64,000 nt of DNA from an uncultured Geobacteraceae bacterium (GTDB taxonomy: Bacteria; Desulfobacterota; Desulfuromonadia; Geobacterales; Pseudopelobacteraceae), in assembly GCA_903930585.1 (NCBI GenBank), contig CAIYZD010000133.1:70-64069 (forward strand), written 5' to 3'. The position numbers were made by a program, and so were the translations under genes. The notes beneath the pieces are model-generated. The model searched no databases and had not been told where the DNA came from. It saw only the letters and a program-made list of their open reading frames with translations. Positions 46,884 to 56,822 of this stretch are shown in pieces. Every line of letters begins with the position of its first letter. Position 1 is the stretch's first letter.

Positions 46884-47999
46884 TCAGTATCCGACCGGCT
46901 CCAGACACCAGAGTCCCGCCTCCTGCATGGCGCTGATCAGTTCACGGTGTCCAAAAGCAGCCGTTGCCGGTTGGTAGCCGACCTTTTTCAGACGCCCGAT
47001 AAGGATGCGCCGGCAGGCCTCAGCAATCAGAAATCCGGTCTGCAGGTACCCCGAAGTACCGTAAAACGCCAGGTGCTTACCAACCGTATTGCCACGGGCA
47101 AAAACAGAAATCATACAGCGCTGGATAGAAGGATCTTCCTTGATCAGCGCATCGGGGTCCGGCGACATGGCGCGTCCCCAGGCGTTGGTGATTTCTTCCA
47201 TCTCCGCCGCGGTTCTGGTTTTTGCCAGTTCGTGATATTCGACTATGCGCCCGTGGACCAGATTGACCACTTCCCGGCTCGTGAACGAGACGGCAACCTT
47301 GCAATTGCGCACACGGCTGTCGTTTTCAAACCAGATCGGCTCAAAACCACCCCCCCAGGGTACCGCCGCCTGAATCTGATGGTTGCCGGGGACGAACACA
47401 TCGAACTTGGCCAGCGGATCCCACTGTTTCATGACACCGTCTTCCTTGTAGAGCTGCGGCAGGCAACACATGCGCAGGAACGACAGGGTCGATGCGGGGG
47501 TGGGATTGCCACGCGGGGCATAGAGGATGTCCAGACTGTCGATGCCGGGTGTTTCGAGCGCCACTTCCGCAGCAACCATACCGGTAACCCACATGGCGGC
47601 ACACTCGGAAATGGCGACGGTATTATTGGCGGCGAACTGGCCGCCATAGGTGTCACGCAGCATGAGGGTGTAGTCCGGTTCTCCCGTTGTATCAAGGTAG
47701 TGACACTTGTTGGCAAGTGCCGCCTTGATGACCGGCTCCGCCAACTGGCCGAACGGACCGACGACGTTGGCGACAACCTGCGCGCCTTCGAATAATTTTG
47801 TGAGTGCAGCTTCCGTATGTTCACAGGCCACAATGTCCACGACATGATTGCCGGGCACTTTTTTAAGTTCAGCTACTATTCTGTCGCGACTGCGTCCCGC
47901 TGCCACAAACGGAATACCTTCCCGTGTGAGGTATTCGGCGATTATCTTGCCGGTATAGCCGCTGATGCCGTAGACGACGAGTGGGTATTTGCTGGCCAT
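46884..47999 (-). CDS. Saccharopine-dehydrogenase-like NAD(P)-binding protein (trans-acting enoyl-reductase-like)
   Basis: 371 aa. The N-terminal Rossmann fold (LVVYGISGYTGKIIAEYL) resembles the saccharopine dehydrogenase NADP-binding family. The function is not assignable. Confidence 0.6.
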   Translation of the reverse strand: MASKYPLVVYGISGYTGKIIAEYLTREGIPFVAAGRSRDRIVAELKKVPGNHVVDIVACEHTEAALTKLFEGAQVVANVVGPFGQLAEPVIKAALANKCHYLDTTGEPDYTLMLRDTYGGQFAANNTVAISECAAMWVTGMVAAEVALETPGIDSLDILYAPRGNPTPASTLSFLRMCCLPQLYKEDGVMKQWDPLAKFDVFVPGNHQIQAAVPWGGGFEPIWFENDSRVRNCKVAVSFTSREVVNLVHGRIVEYHELAKTRTAAEMEEITNAWGRAMSPDPDALIKEDPSIQRCMISVFARGNTVGKHLAFYGTSGYLQTGFLIAEACRRILIGRLKKVGYQPATAAFGHRELISAMQEAGLWCLEPVGY

Positions 48000-48011
48000 G
48001 ATGTATCTCCT

Positions 48012-49625
48012 TTATCGGTGATTTTCCGTATAGACGGATGTAGGTTGTGTTTCGAACAATTCAATCAGGAAACGGTCCTGCGGTTTTTCAGATGCAGTTT
48101 TTGGTATGATATCGAGCAGTTGCAGATACCTTGGCATCTGACTTGGCTCCAGTTTCTGCCGGCACATCATGTAGATAGCCTCAGGTTTAAACCCGGCCCG
48201 GTCCTTGGGCACAATCGCTGCGACCACCTCCTTCTCACCAGGCGTACCGTTAGTGGAGGTGATGCCATAGACGTAGACGTCGTCTACGGTATCGTTCTCG
48301 GCGATTACCTTCTCGATGAAGCCGGAATTGATGAACTCGCCATTACGACGGATGGCGCCACCCTTGCGGTACAGGAAAAAGATCCAGCCATCCTGATCAG
48401 CGACAACAATATCGCCCATATGCAGCCAGCCATCTTTGACCTTTGCAGCCGAGGCCTCGGGATTGCGGTAATACTCGACCTTTGCCGGCGAACCGTCGCC
48501 TGGCCGGAACAGCAGCTCGCCGGAAATACCGGGAGCGCAATCGTTGCCATTTTCGTCTACAATGCGGTAGAGAAGAGTGACTGGAGGTTTGCCGATGCTG
48601 CCGATGGGCCCGACGCCGACCGGTTTGATCGACATACCACCTTCAATGGCCGCATAGAATTCGAGGATTTGCACATTGTAGCGTTGTTCGAACTCTTCCC
48701 AGATCGCCTTGGGCATGCCGGAACTGATGATGAGACGCACCGGATTATCAGCGTCGTCCGGCTTGCGTGGATCGGCGAAAACTGCGGTCATCATCCCGCC
48801 TAACAGATTAAACGAAGTGCAGCCATAGCGGCGGGTAATATCCCACAACCGGCTTTTGCTGAATTTGCGTGACAGCACACAGGGAAAGCCCCCAACCAGG
48901 GCGGAACCAAGCGTGATGAATTGAGCATTGCCATGCGTCAACGAGAGTCCCGAATAGAGGATGTCGCCGGTCCGATAACCGATCAAGCCCGGTGTCATTG
49001 CACCCAGCCCGCAATAACGGGCATGGGTCGTGATGATTCCCTTGGGGTCACCGGTTGTGCCGGAGGAAAAAATCAACTCCATGGCACGTTCCGGATCAAC
49101 AGTTCGAATGGTGATATTCGGCGCCTCCAGCGGCAGCGCATCCGCATACGGTGCGACCCCCGGATAAGAAGTCAGCGGCTTTTTTCCTTCATCCGTCTCA
49201 AAACCTATAATCCACTGTAGTCGGGGTAACTGTGAACGAACCTTGACCACGTTATCCAGCGCATAGTCGGCAGCTATCACCCCCTTGCACTCAGCCATCT
49301 CCAGCATGAACGTAAGCTTGTCACCACTGGTACGAGCGTCGATAGGCACAAACACGGTGCCGCTGATGGAGGCAGCGACCATCGCATCGACAAACTCCAC
49401 GTGGTTGTTCATCAGGAGCGCAAAATGGTCTCCCACCCCCATGCCGTGATCAATCAGTACCTGGGCCAGTTTCTGCCCCTGTTCCCACAACCCGCGATAG
49501 GTGCGCAGATCATCCGGTCGCACCCCGCCGTTTTCAAAGGTTACAATGGCACGGTCGGGCCGTGCGGCCATACGATTGGCAATAACTCCTGCCAGTACTT
49601 GTTCACTGTACATCATGACCGTCAA
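48012..49625 (-). CDS. AMP-dependent acyl-CoA synthetase/ligase
   Basis: 537 aa with the AMP-binding motif IFSSGTTGDPKG, then YG.TE-like and GDI...D.DGW motifs, and a C-terminal lysine region (PKTASEK). Confidence 0.88.
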   Translation of the reverse strand: MTVMMYSEQVLAGVIANRMAARPDRAIVTFENGGVRPDDLRTYRGLWEQGQKLAQVLIDHGMGVGDHFALLMNNHVEFVDAMVAASISGTVFVPIDARTSGDKLTFMLEMAECKGVIAADYALDNVVKVRSQLPRLQWIIGFETDEGKKPLTSYPGVAPYADALPLEAPNITIRTVDPERAMELIFSSGTTGDPKGIITTHARYCGLGAMTPGLIGYRTGDILYSGLSLTHGNAQFITLGSALVGGFPCVLSRKFSKSRLWDITRRYGCTSFNLLGGMMTAVFADPRKPDDADNPVRLIISSGMPKAIWEEFEQRYNVQILEFYAAIEGGMSIKPVGVGPIGSIGKPPVTLLYRIVDENGNDCAPGISGELLFRPGDGSPAKVEYYRNPEASAAKVKDGWLHMGDIVVADQDGWIFFLYRKGGAIRRNGEFINSGFIEKVIAENDTVDDVYVYGITSTNGTPGEKEVVAAIVPKDRAGFKPEAIYMMCRQKLEPSQMPRYLQLLDIIPKTASEKPQDRFLIELFETQPTSVYTENHR

Positions 49626-50857
49626 CCCTCTCTCCTTAGAATGGTAACTACCGTCGACGCGGCGTCCATACCGATCAATCCCCCGGCATTGTGCGCCATA
49701 CCAATGCGGGCATGCTCAATCTGGCGCCGCTCTGCGCGTCCTTGCAGTTGTTTGGTGAGCTCAACGATCTGGGCACAACCGGTTGCCGCAATTGGGTGCC
49801 CCTTGCGCAGCAGACCACCGGAGGTATTCACCGGCAAGCGCCCCCCGATTCGGGTGGCGCCGCTTTCGATCAACTTTGCGCCCTCGCCCGGCCGGCATAG
49901 GCCGAGGTATTCGTAAGCCATGATCTCGGATGGCGCCGAGGCGTCATGCAGCTCGACGCAGGAAATATCCTGTGGACCGATGCCGGCAGCTTCATACGCC
50001 AGATCGGAAGCCAGGGTGCCGACATTGTCGTTTTCGTGCTCCCAGTCCCAACCGGTAGCCAGCGCCGATGCCATGACCCGGACCGGATTGCGCAGCCCGA
50101 GTTCACGGGCCTTCCTCTCGCTGACAAGAATGACCGCTGCCGCGCCATCACCGATGGGGGAACACATGGTCAACGTCAACGGTTCGATGATGGTCCGGGA
50201 CGCCAGTACCTCCTCGACCGTCAACACCTTTTGGAACTGGGCCAGCGGATTCAGGCTGCCATGAAAGGAGTTCTTGGCGGAAACCATGGCAAAATGCTTT
50301 TTGGTCGAACCGTATTTTTTCATATGCTTCCTGGTCATCAGTGAATAGATATCCATGAACACCGAGCGATTGACGCCGACATCCGTGGCAATCGGCTCCT
50401 TGGCCGCCAGAGACAGCATCTCAAGGATTTTGAAAGTCCCACCCTCTTCCTCGACATCAATGGCGCCGGCAAAAGCGCCCATTGCACGTGCCCGGTCCTC
50501 ATGAAACAATTTTTCCGAACCGCAGGCCAGCACGACATCGTACATCCCGGCGCTGACCATCGCGCAGGCCTGCTGGAAGGCGGTAGCACCCGATGCACAG
50601 GCGTTTTCAACGTTTATGACCGGTATCCGGCCAATACCCATGCTGCGCAGCACAACTTCGCCGGGAATCATCACCTGTCCCTGAACGACACTGGCGGCGG
50701 CATTGGCCATCCATGCCGCCTGGAGCAGAGATTTGTCCATACCGGCGTCATCCAAAGCTGCCTGTATTGCTTCGCCGGCAAGCGCCTTCAAGGTTTTATC
50801 GAGATGATTGCCAAACGAGGTCATACCAATACCGGCAATGTAGGCGTTCATTTTCAT
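49622..50857 (-). CDS. SCP-x-type (nonspecific lipid-transfer-like) thiolase
   Basis: 411 aa, with a 4-nt overlap with the ligase gene. The active-site region is VENACASGATAF and the C-terminus is GHPIAATGCAQI...AHNAGG. Confidence 0.8.
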   Translation of the reverse strand: MKMNAYIAGIGMTSFGNHLDKTLKALAGEAIQAALDDAGMDKSLLQAAWMANAAASVVQGQVMIPGEVVLRSMGIGRIPVINVENACASGATAFQQACAMVSAGMYDVVLACGSEKLFHEDRARAMGAFAGAIDVEEEGGTFKILEMLSLAAKEPIATDVGVNRSVFMDIYSLMTRKHMKKYGSTKKHFAMVSAKNSFHGSLNPLAQFQKVLTVEEVLASRTIIEPLTLTMCSPIGDGAAAVILVSERKARELGLRNPVRVMASALATGWDWEHENDNVGTLASDLAYEAAGIGPQDISCVELHDASAPSEIMAYEYLGLCRPGEGAKLIESGATRIGGRLPVNTSGGLLRKGHPIAATGCAQIVELTKQLQGRAERRQIEHARIGMAHNAGGLIGMDAASTVVTILRREG

Positions 50858-50917
50858 GGATATATCTCCTGGTTATCCTATTGATAAAACAGAGTCTTTC
50901 ATAGACCTATGCTTCAC

Positions 50918-51691
50918 TCAGCGTGCGGTATAGCCGCCGTCAATCACCAACTCGGCTCCGGTCATGTAGCTCGACTCATCTGAAGCCACAAAGAGGATCG
51001 CCTGGGCAATTTCACTGGCTTCGGCAAGTCGCCCCAGGGGAATCCTGCCCAACAGATCTTTCTGCATTGCCTCGGCCACATCGGGTGGCAACGCATTTAT
51101 CGTATCAGTGACCATCGGGGTGATGACATAACCGGGATGAACTGAATTGACGCGGATACCATAGCCTTTCTCTGCACAGTGCAGGGCCGCCGACTTGGTA
51201 AAGATGCGCACTCCCCCCTTGCTGGCGTTATAGGCCGCCAGAACACATTCGCCAATGATCCCCTCAATTGAAGAAATATTAACGATTGATCCACCCCATT
51301 CCTTCATGGCCACAATGGCCTTTTGCGTACCCATGAACACCGCATCCAGGTTGATGCCGAGTACATGCCTCCACCCCTCCATGGTCTCGTCTTCCACGCT
51401 GGCCAGGTGGCCGACTCCTGCGTTATTCACCACTATGTCAAGGGCGCCATACCGCTCCAGCGTGCCTGTGATAATCCGGTCCCAATCATCAGCCTGGGTG
51501 ACATCATGGGCGGCGACCGTTACTGACAGCCCTTCGGCAGTCATGCGCCGCCCCTGTGCCTCCAGCTTGCCAATATTGATATCTGTCATCACCACTTTTG
51601 CCCCTTCACGGGCGAACAGTTCTGCAGTGGCCAGACCTATGCCGCCGGCTGCCCCTGTGATGATTGCTATCTTGTTTTCAATGCGACCCAT
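50918..51691 (-). CDS. Short-chain dehydrogenase/reductase
   Basis: The start is reassigned to the ATG at 51691, preceded by AAGGGGG. It has ITGAAGGIG, NNAG and a YNASK catalytic motif. Confidence 0.88.
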   Translation of the reverse strand: MGRIENKIAIITGAAGGIGLATAELFAREGAKVVMTDINIGKLEAQGRRMTAEGLSVTVAAHDVTQADDWDRIITGTLERYGALDIVVNNAGVGHLASVEDETMEGWRHVLGINLDAVFMGTQKAIVAMKEWGGSIVNISSIEGIIGECVLAAYNASKGGVRIFTKSAALHCAEKGYGIRVNSVHPGYVITPMVTDTINALPPDVAEAMQKDLLGRIPLGRLAEASEIAQAILFVASDESSYMTGAELVIDGGYTAR

Positions 51692-51756
51692 GATACCCCC
51701 TTCAGCGTAGTGATCTGTCCTTGTTTTGTTCATCTGCCACCTTCATTCAGCCCGAC

Positions 51757-52992
51757 TCATGCAAAATCCCTGATCAACTTGTGGGCACCGACCAATGACA
51801 AGACTTCGTTTGAGCCATCCTCAATCCTGCTGGAACGGGCATCGCGGAAAATTTTCTCGATCGGATACTCCTTGCTGACGCCGTATCCTCCGAACAGTTG
51901 CACGGCCTCATTGGCAACCTCGAAAGCGGTATCCGTGGCGGTGACCTTGGAAACGATCGAGTATTTGAGATCAGGTGTTCCCGAAGCCAGATTGTACTGC
52001 ATTGCAGCCCGGGTCATGGCGCGGGAGATCTCTACCTTGCGAAACATGTCGAAGAGGGTCTTCTGGACCAGTTGGTGCTCGCACAAGAGTTTCCCCCCCT
52101 GAGTCCGTTCCGTACAGTGCTTCAAGGCCAAATCCAGGGCCGACTGGGCTACCCCGGTGAAGGTACAGGCCATCATGAGGTTAGCGTGGGTGAGAACGTC
52201 GGTTAACGCATGCTCGTACTTATCCGGACCAAAGATCAGGTTCTCTTCGGGAATTTCAGCATTGTCGAAGAATATCTCGCCTTGTGGCATATCGCGCTGC
52301 CCGAGTTTGTTGAGGGGCGTTCCCTTGGAAATGCCGGGCGTACTCAGGTCAATCACGAACAGACCGCCTCCGGACATCCCTTTACTAGAGTCGATGCCGC
52401 AGAAAAGACCGGCATGGGTTGCTACGGGACTGACGCTGACCCAGGCGCTTTTCTGACCGTTCAACACCCACCGGTCCCCTTTTTTTGTTGCCTTTACCTG
52501 TTGCGTGATGCCGGGATCACGAAACTGTTCACGCCCCACTGCCAGATTATCGCTGCCATGATTTGGCTCCGTAATCGCCCAGCAGCCGATGATGCTGGCA
52601 TCTTTACAATTAATATATGGGGTTACAAATTTTTCATGAACTTTGGGGTCAGCCGACATGGCGGCAAACGTCGCGTGAAACCCGGTAGCCCCAATCCCCA
52701 GTGCCATGCCGGCACTGGCATACCCAAGCTCTTCGAAAAAAATTTGAATTCCGAGGGGATCCAACCCGGCGCCACCAAGTTCCGCAGGAAACAGGGTAGT
52801 ATGATAATCCAGGGCATACGCTTGTTTGTAGACATTCAGCAAAAGTGAATCTTTTTGCACAACCTCACCAGGCGTCATTGCATCAAGGGCAATAGATGCA
52901 GGACGCAGCACCTCTTGACCGAACTGACGCAGGCTGTCCCTCAGTATTCTGTGTTCATCTGTAAGTGTGAGACCAATTTCCTTGAAAGCCAT
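51757..52992 (-). CDS. Acyl-CoA dehydrogenase
   Basis: 411 aa. It has the ACAD three-domain layout, a middle-domain motif (CWAITEPNHGSD) and a C-terminal helical domain ending IEDGSNEV. Confidence 0.88.
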   Translation of the reverse strand: MAFKEIGLTLTDEHRILRDSLRQFGQEVLRPASIALDAMTPGEVVQKDSLLLNVYKQAYALDYHTTLFPAELGGAGLDPLGIQIFFEELGYASAGMALGIGATGFHATFAAMSADPKVHEKFVTPYINCKDASIIGCWAITEPNHGSDNLAVGREQFRDPGITQQVKATKKGDRWVLNGQKSAWVSVSPVATHAGLFCGIDSSKGMSGGGLFVIDLSTPGISKGTPLNKLGQRDMPQGEIFFDNAEIPEENLIFGPDKYEHALTDVLTHANLMMACTFTGVAQSALDLALKHCTERTQGGKLLCEHQLVQKTLFDMFRKVEISRAMTRAAMQYNLASGTPDLKYSIVSKVTATDTAFEVANEAVQLFGGYGVSKEYPIEKIFRDARSSRIEDGSNEVLSLVGAHKLIRDFA

Positions 52993-53129
52993 GGTAATAT
53001 CCCCTTTACTGTTCTAGTTATTGCGCAGGCGCGCAGATGATTTTCCTATTTGCTGTGACTGTCCACATTCCTAATAATCGGGGCAGAGCCATCCTGCCCC
53101 TTGAATTGCATTGAAGGAGACACTGCGTG

Positions 53130-55634
53130 CTACACTTTTGAACATTCGATCGTGTCAATCTGCGACCGCATCGATGCTCTGATGTTTTCATTGCCGGTTT
53201 CAGCCTTACTCTCCTCTACTTCAGCGGTCACCGTTACCTTCCTCAACAGAAAATGGGAGAGTGCCGGTATCAGTATCAGTGCTCCGACCATGTTCCAGAG
53301 AAACATAAAGGTTAAGAGAATACCCATGTCGGCCTGGAACTTGATCGGCGACAGAACCCAGGTAACAACCCCGCCAGCCAGGGTGATTCCGACCAGGCCC
53401 ACTACCTTGCCGGTGAACTGAACCGCCTTCTGGTACGCCTCGCCCAGAGCCATCCCCTGGCGCTGATAGGTCAGTTGCATGCTGAGCAGATACAGTGCAT
53501 AGTCAACCCCGATGCCGACACCCAGGGCGATTACCGGCAGGGTCGCAACCTTCACACCGATGCCGAGCGCCACCATCAGCGCCTCGCAGAGGATCGAGGT
53601 CAGGACCAGCGGCAGGACCGCCACCACCACCGCCCGCCAGCTGCGGAAGGTGATGAAGCAGAGGATAATCACCGCGCTGTAGACATAGAACAGCATGGTA
53701 CGGTTTGCCTGTTTGACCACGATGTTGGTGGCCGCCTCGATGCCCGAATTACCGGCCGCCAGCAGAAACTGGTACTCTTTGGTGTTATGTTCCCTGGCAA
53801 AATCTTCGGCAACCTTCAACACCCGGTCCAGAGTTTCCGCCTTATGGTCGGTTAGATATGCAATCACCGGCGTAACCGACAAGGCTTCATTTACGATATC
53901 CGGATTATCGACCGTTGTCTGTTGCGCACCAAAGTTAAGCACCTTCTGGTTGCGGTTAAGCGTGTACCACTTGGGATTCCCCTCATAGGTGCCGGCAGTT
54001 ACCATCCGTACCGAATCGGCCATGGTGACGGTGGTCTGAACCCCCTCGACCTCGCGCAGCGCCAGGGCCAGACGGTCGGCCTCAATCAGCGACTGGTACA
54101 TCATGCAGCCATCCGGCGGCGTCTTCAGAATTACGGCAAACTGGTCGCTGGAGAGTGAGTAGTTCGAGGTAATGAAGGCGTTGTCCTTGTTGTAGCGCGA
54201 TTTGGAACGCAGTTCGGGAGCACCCGGATCCAGATCGCCGATTTTCAGGTTGAGACTGACGATAAAGCCGGCCACCGCCAGCAGCAGTGAGATGACGACT
54301 GCACGGGTCGCCCAGCGTCGCTCGGTGAAGTGATCCAGAAGACTCCAGAGCGCACCGGCCCCCTTACCTCTGCTCTCTTCGTTCTCTTCCTGCAGACTCC
54401 GTTTAGCCGCCTTGAGGCTCACCCCGGTAAAGGAGAGAAAGACCGGCAAGAGCAGCAGGTTGGTGATTACCAGTCCGGCGACGCCAATACTGGCGGTCAA
54501 CGCCAGATCCTTTATGACCGGAATATCGATCAGCATCAGCACCGCAAAGCCGACCGCATCAGCCATTAAGGCGGTGAGGCCGGCCAGGAACAGCCGGCGG
54601 AAGGTGTAACGGGCCGCAACAAGTTTATGCGTACCACGACCAATGTCCTGCATGATGCCGTTCATCTTTTGTACACCGTGGGAGACCCCGATGGCAAAAA
54701 CCAGGAACGGCACCAGTATGGAGTAGGGATCCAGCTCGAAGCCGAAGAAGGCCACCAAGCCGAGCTGCCAGATGACCGCCACTACGGAGCAGGCGATCAC
54801 GAGGGCCGTGCTCCTGATGCAGCGGGTGTAAAGGAATATGACTATTGCCGCGATCAGGGCAGCAATGCCGAAGTAGGTCATCACCTGCATTAAACCGTCG
54901 ATCAGGTCTCCTACCAGCTTGGCGAAACCAACCACATGCACCTTTATCTTGCCCTTACCCATCGCCTCGTACTTGGTGCGAATGTTTTTCTCGATCTGCG
55001 TGGAGAATACATTATAATCAAGGTGCTTGCCGGTATCTGACGCAGTATCAAGCAGGGGAACAAAAACCATGGCAGATTTGAAGTTAGTGCCCAGCAGGCT
55101 GCCAACGATGCCGGAACGGGTGATATTCTGCTTGAGCTTTGCTACCTTCTCCGGCGATCCGTCAAAGTTGTCCGGCATGACCGGACCACCCTGAAAGCCT
55201 TCCTCGGTCACTTCCGTCCAGCGCACCACCGGTGTCCAGATCGATTTTACCCAGGCCCGGTCCACACCTGGGGTCAGCACCAGTTCGTCATTGATCTGGC
55301 GAAGCAGGTCCAGGTATTCCGGGTCAAAGATATCTCCCTGCGTGTTTTCCACAACGACGCGGATCGAATTGCCAAGACCGCGCAGGTCACCCTTGTTGGC
55401 CAGATAGTTTTTGATATAGGGGTGGCTCTGGGGCAGCATCTTCTCGAAGCTGGCGTTGAAGACAATCTTGCTCCCCTGCCAGGCCAGCAGCAGGGTTATC
55501 GCTACACAGGCTATCATCACAACCATGCGGTTGTTGAAGATCAGCCGTTCCAAAATGTTGCCGGATTTCTGATCAAAGTCCTTGAGCTCCTTGACGACCG
55601 GCATTTCATCTATTTGTCCTGTTCCAACGGCCAT
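53130..55634 (-). CDS. RND-superfamily (MMPL/COG1033-like) membrane transporter
   Basis: 834 aa with two blocks of about 6 TM helices, each preceded by a large periplasmic loop. It is the last gene of the four-gene envelope module. Confidence 0.8.
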   Translation of the reverse strand: MAVGTGQIDEMPVVKELKDFDQKSGNILERLIFNNRMVVMIACVAITLLLAWQGSKIVFNASFEKMLPQSHPYIKNYLANKGDLRGLGNSIRVVVENTQGDIFDPEYLDLLRQINDELVLTPGVDRAWVKSIWTPVVRWTEVTEEGFQGGPVMPDNFDGSPEKVAKLKQNITRSGIVGSLLGTNFKSAMVFVPLLDTASDTGKHLDYNVFSTQIEKNIRTKYEAMGKGKIKVHVVGFAKLVGDLIDGLMQVMTYFGIAALIAAIVIFLYTRCIRSTALVIACSVVAVIWQLGLVAFFGFELDPYSILVPFLVFAIGVSHGVQKMNGIMQDIGRGTHKLVAARYTFRRLFLAGLTALMADAVGFAVLMLIDIPVIKDLALTASIGVAGLVITNLLLLPVFLSFTGVSLKAAKRSLQEENEESRGKGAGALWSLLDHFTERRWATRAVVISLLLAVAGFIVSLNLKIGDLDPGAPELRSKSRYNKDNAFITSNYSLSSDQFAVILKTPPDGCMMYQSLIEADRLALALREVEGVQTTVTMADSVRMVTAGTYEGNPKWYTLNRNQKVLNFGAQQTTVDNPDIVNEALSVTPVIAYLTDHKAETLDRVLKVAEDFAREHNTKEYQFLLAAGNSGIEAATNIVVKQANRTMLFYVYSAVIILCFITFRSWRAVVVAVLPLVLTSILCEALMVALGIGVKVATLPVIALGVGIGVDYALYLLSMQLTYQRQGMALGEAYQKAVQFTGKVVGLVGITLAGGVVTWVLSPIKFQADMGILLTFMFLWNMVGALILIPALSHFLLRKVTVTAEVEESKAETGNENIRASMRSQIDTIECSKV

Positions 55635-55653
55635 TTCCGTTCTCCCTGTTTTA

Positions 55654-56697
55654 TTACTTTATCGACTGTACCTTCGCACCAAGCGGACCGACCATAGCAA
55701 CCGTTTCCGTGCCAAGGGCCACAACAGCGGCAGCAGGGACCGGGTGGTCCATTTTTATCGGCACAAAGCTTGCGCCGTTATCGCTACTCACCAGAATGTG
55801 ACCTCCTTGGCTCACCAGTACGAGTTTCCCCTCCCCGGTCATGGTGGCGCCAACCAGGCCGACCGGTACACCGGTCTCAACTTTCTGCCAGTTTGAGCCG
55901 TTGTCACGGCTCCGATACGCATTACCGCGCATGCCGAACGCCACAAGCGCTCCGGACGTGCCGGTAATTCCGAAATACGAGCCTGCGTATGGGGTCTTGA
56001 TCGCCGTGAAGCGACCCGCCTGCCGGTCAAGCTTGAATACGGTACCCTGCTCGGCGGTTATATAGATATCCTGACCAATGGAGCGTATGGCATAGAGGTG
56101 GAAACGCCGGGGGTTGTCAATCCGGTCGTACCAGGGTGACCAGTTTTTACCGCCGTCCGTGGTACGAAAGATCAGACTGAAGGCGCCGACGATGAAGCCG
56201 GTGGTTTCATTCTCGAAGCAAACGTCCATAAATGGTTTGTCCGCTTCCTGGGAACTGTTTTTTTGGATCTCGTCCGCAGCGGCACTGCCGGCGTAGACAC
56301 TCTCCATGAGTCTGGCGGCGACGCGACCATCAAACTGCTTCACCCACGTGGCGCCGCCATCGGAACTGTGCAGCACCACGCCGTCATGACCTACGGCCCA
56401 CCCTTTCTGCGGAGTGGGAAATTGCACCGCCACCAGATCGGAGCTGACCGGTACCGATGCCTGTAGCCATTTTTTCCCCTGGTCGTCCGAATAGACGATG
56501 TGGCCGTGCTGCCCCACACCGACTATGCGCATGCCGGCCATGGCGACGCCGATCAATAGTGATGTGGCTGCATATCGACTTGCAGCGGAAGGCAACTCGA
56601 GCACATCCCGGAACGTAGCACTGGCAACGGCTGTAGCCATGGAGGCGGTCAGCAACATGGCCGCCATCACTATCGCTGGTATCTTTTTTGTTTTCAT
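55654..56697 (-). CDS. Ycf48-like / BNR-repeat beta-propeller protein, secreted
   Basis: 347 aa with a signal peptide and repeated SxDxGxxW-type motifs (SDDQGKKW, SSDGGATW, TTDGGKNW, SRDNGSNW, SSDNGASF). Confidence 0.8.
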   Translation of the reverse strand: MKTKKIPAIVMAAMLLTASMATAVASATFRDVLELPSAASRYAATSLLIGVAMAGMRIVGVGQHGHIVYSDDQGKKWLQASVPVSSDLVAVQFPTPQKGWAVGHDGVVLHSSDGGATWVKQFDGRVAARLMESVYAGSAAADEIQKNSSQEADKPFMDVCFENETTGFIVGAFSLIFRTTDGGKNWSPWYDRIDNPRRFHLYAIRSIGQDIYITAEQGTVFKLDRQAGRFTAIKTPYAGSYFGITGTSGALVAFGMRGNAYRSRDNGSNWQKVETGVPVGLVGATMTGEGKLVLVSQGGHILVSSDNGASFVPIKMDHPVPAAAVVALGTETVAMVGPLGAKVQSIK

Positions 56698-56822
56698 AGC
56701 TTCTCCCGGTAGTTCTTTCCGGCAGGGTGGGCACTCGCATCACCCTGCCGGCATTACTGTATTGAAATTTTCTTGCGGCGTTGTCTACGCGTCAATCGCC
56801 GGAAGCGCTCAAGATTGACATC

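Noticed and set aside
46530-47795. 421-aa plus-strand ORF crossing the SDR and saccharopine-DH-like genes
   Set aside because: It runs antisense through two recognisable minus-strand genes and their intergenic gap. Its translation is Arg/Pro/Ser-rich with no domain signatures, so it is a shadow ORF.
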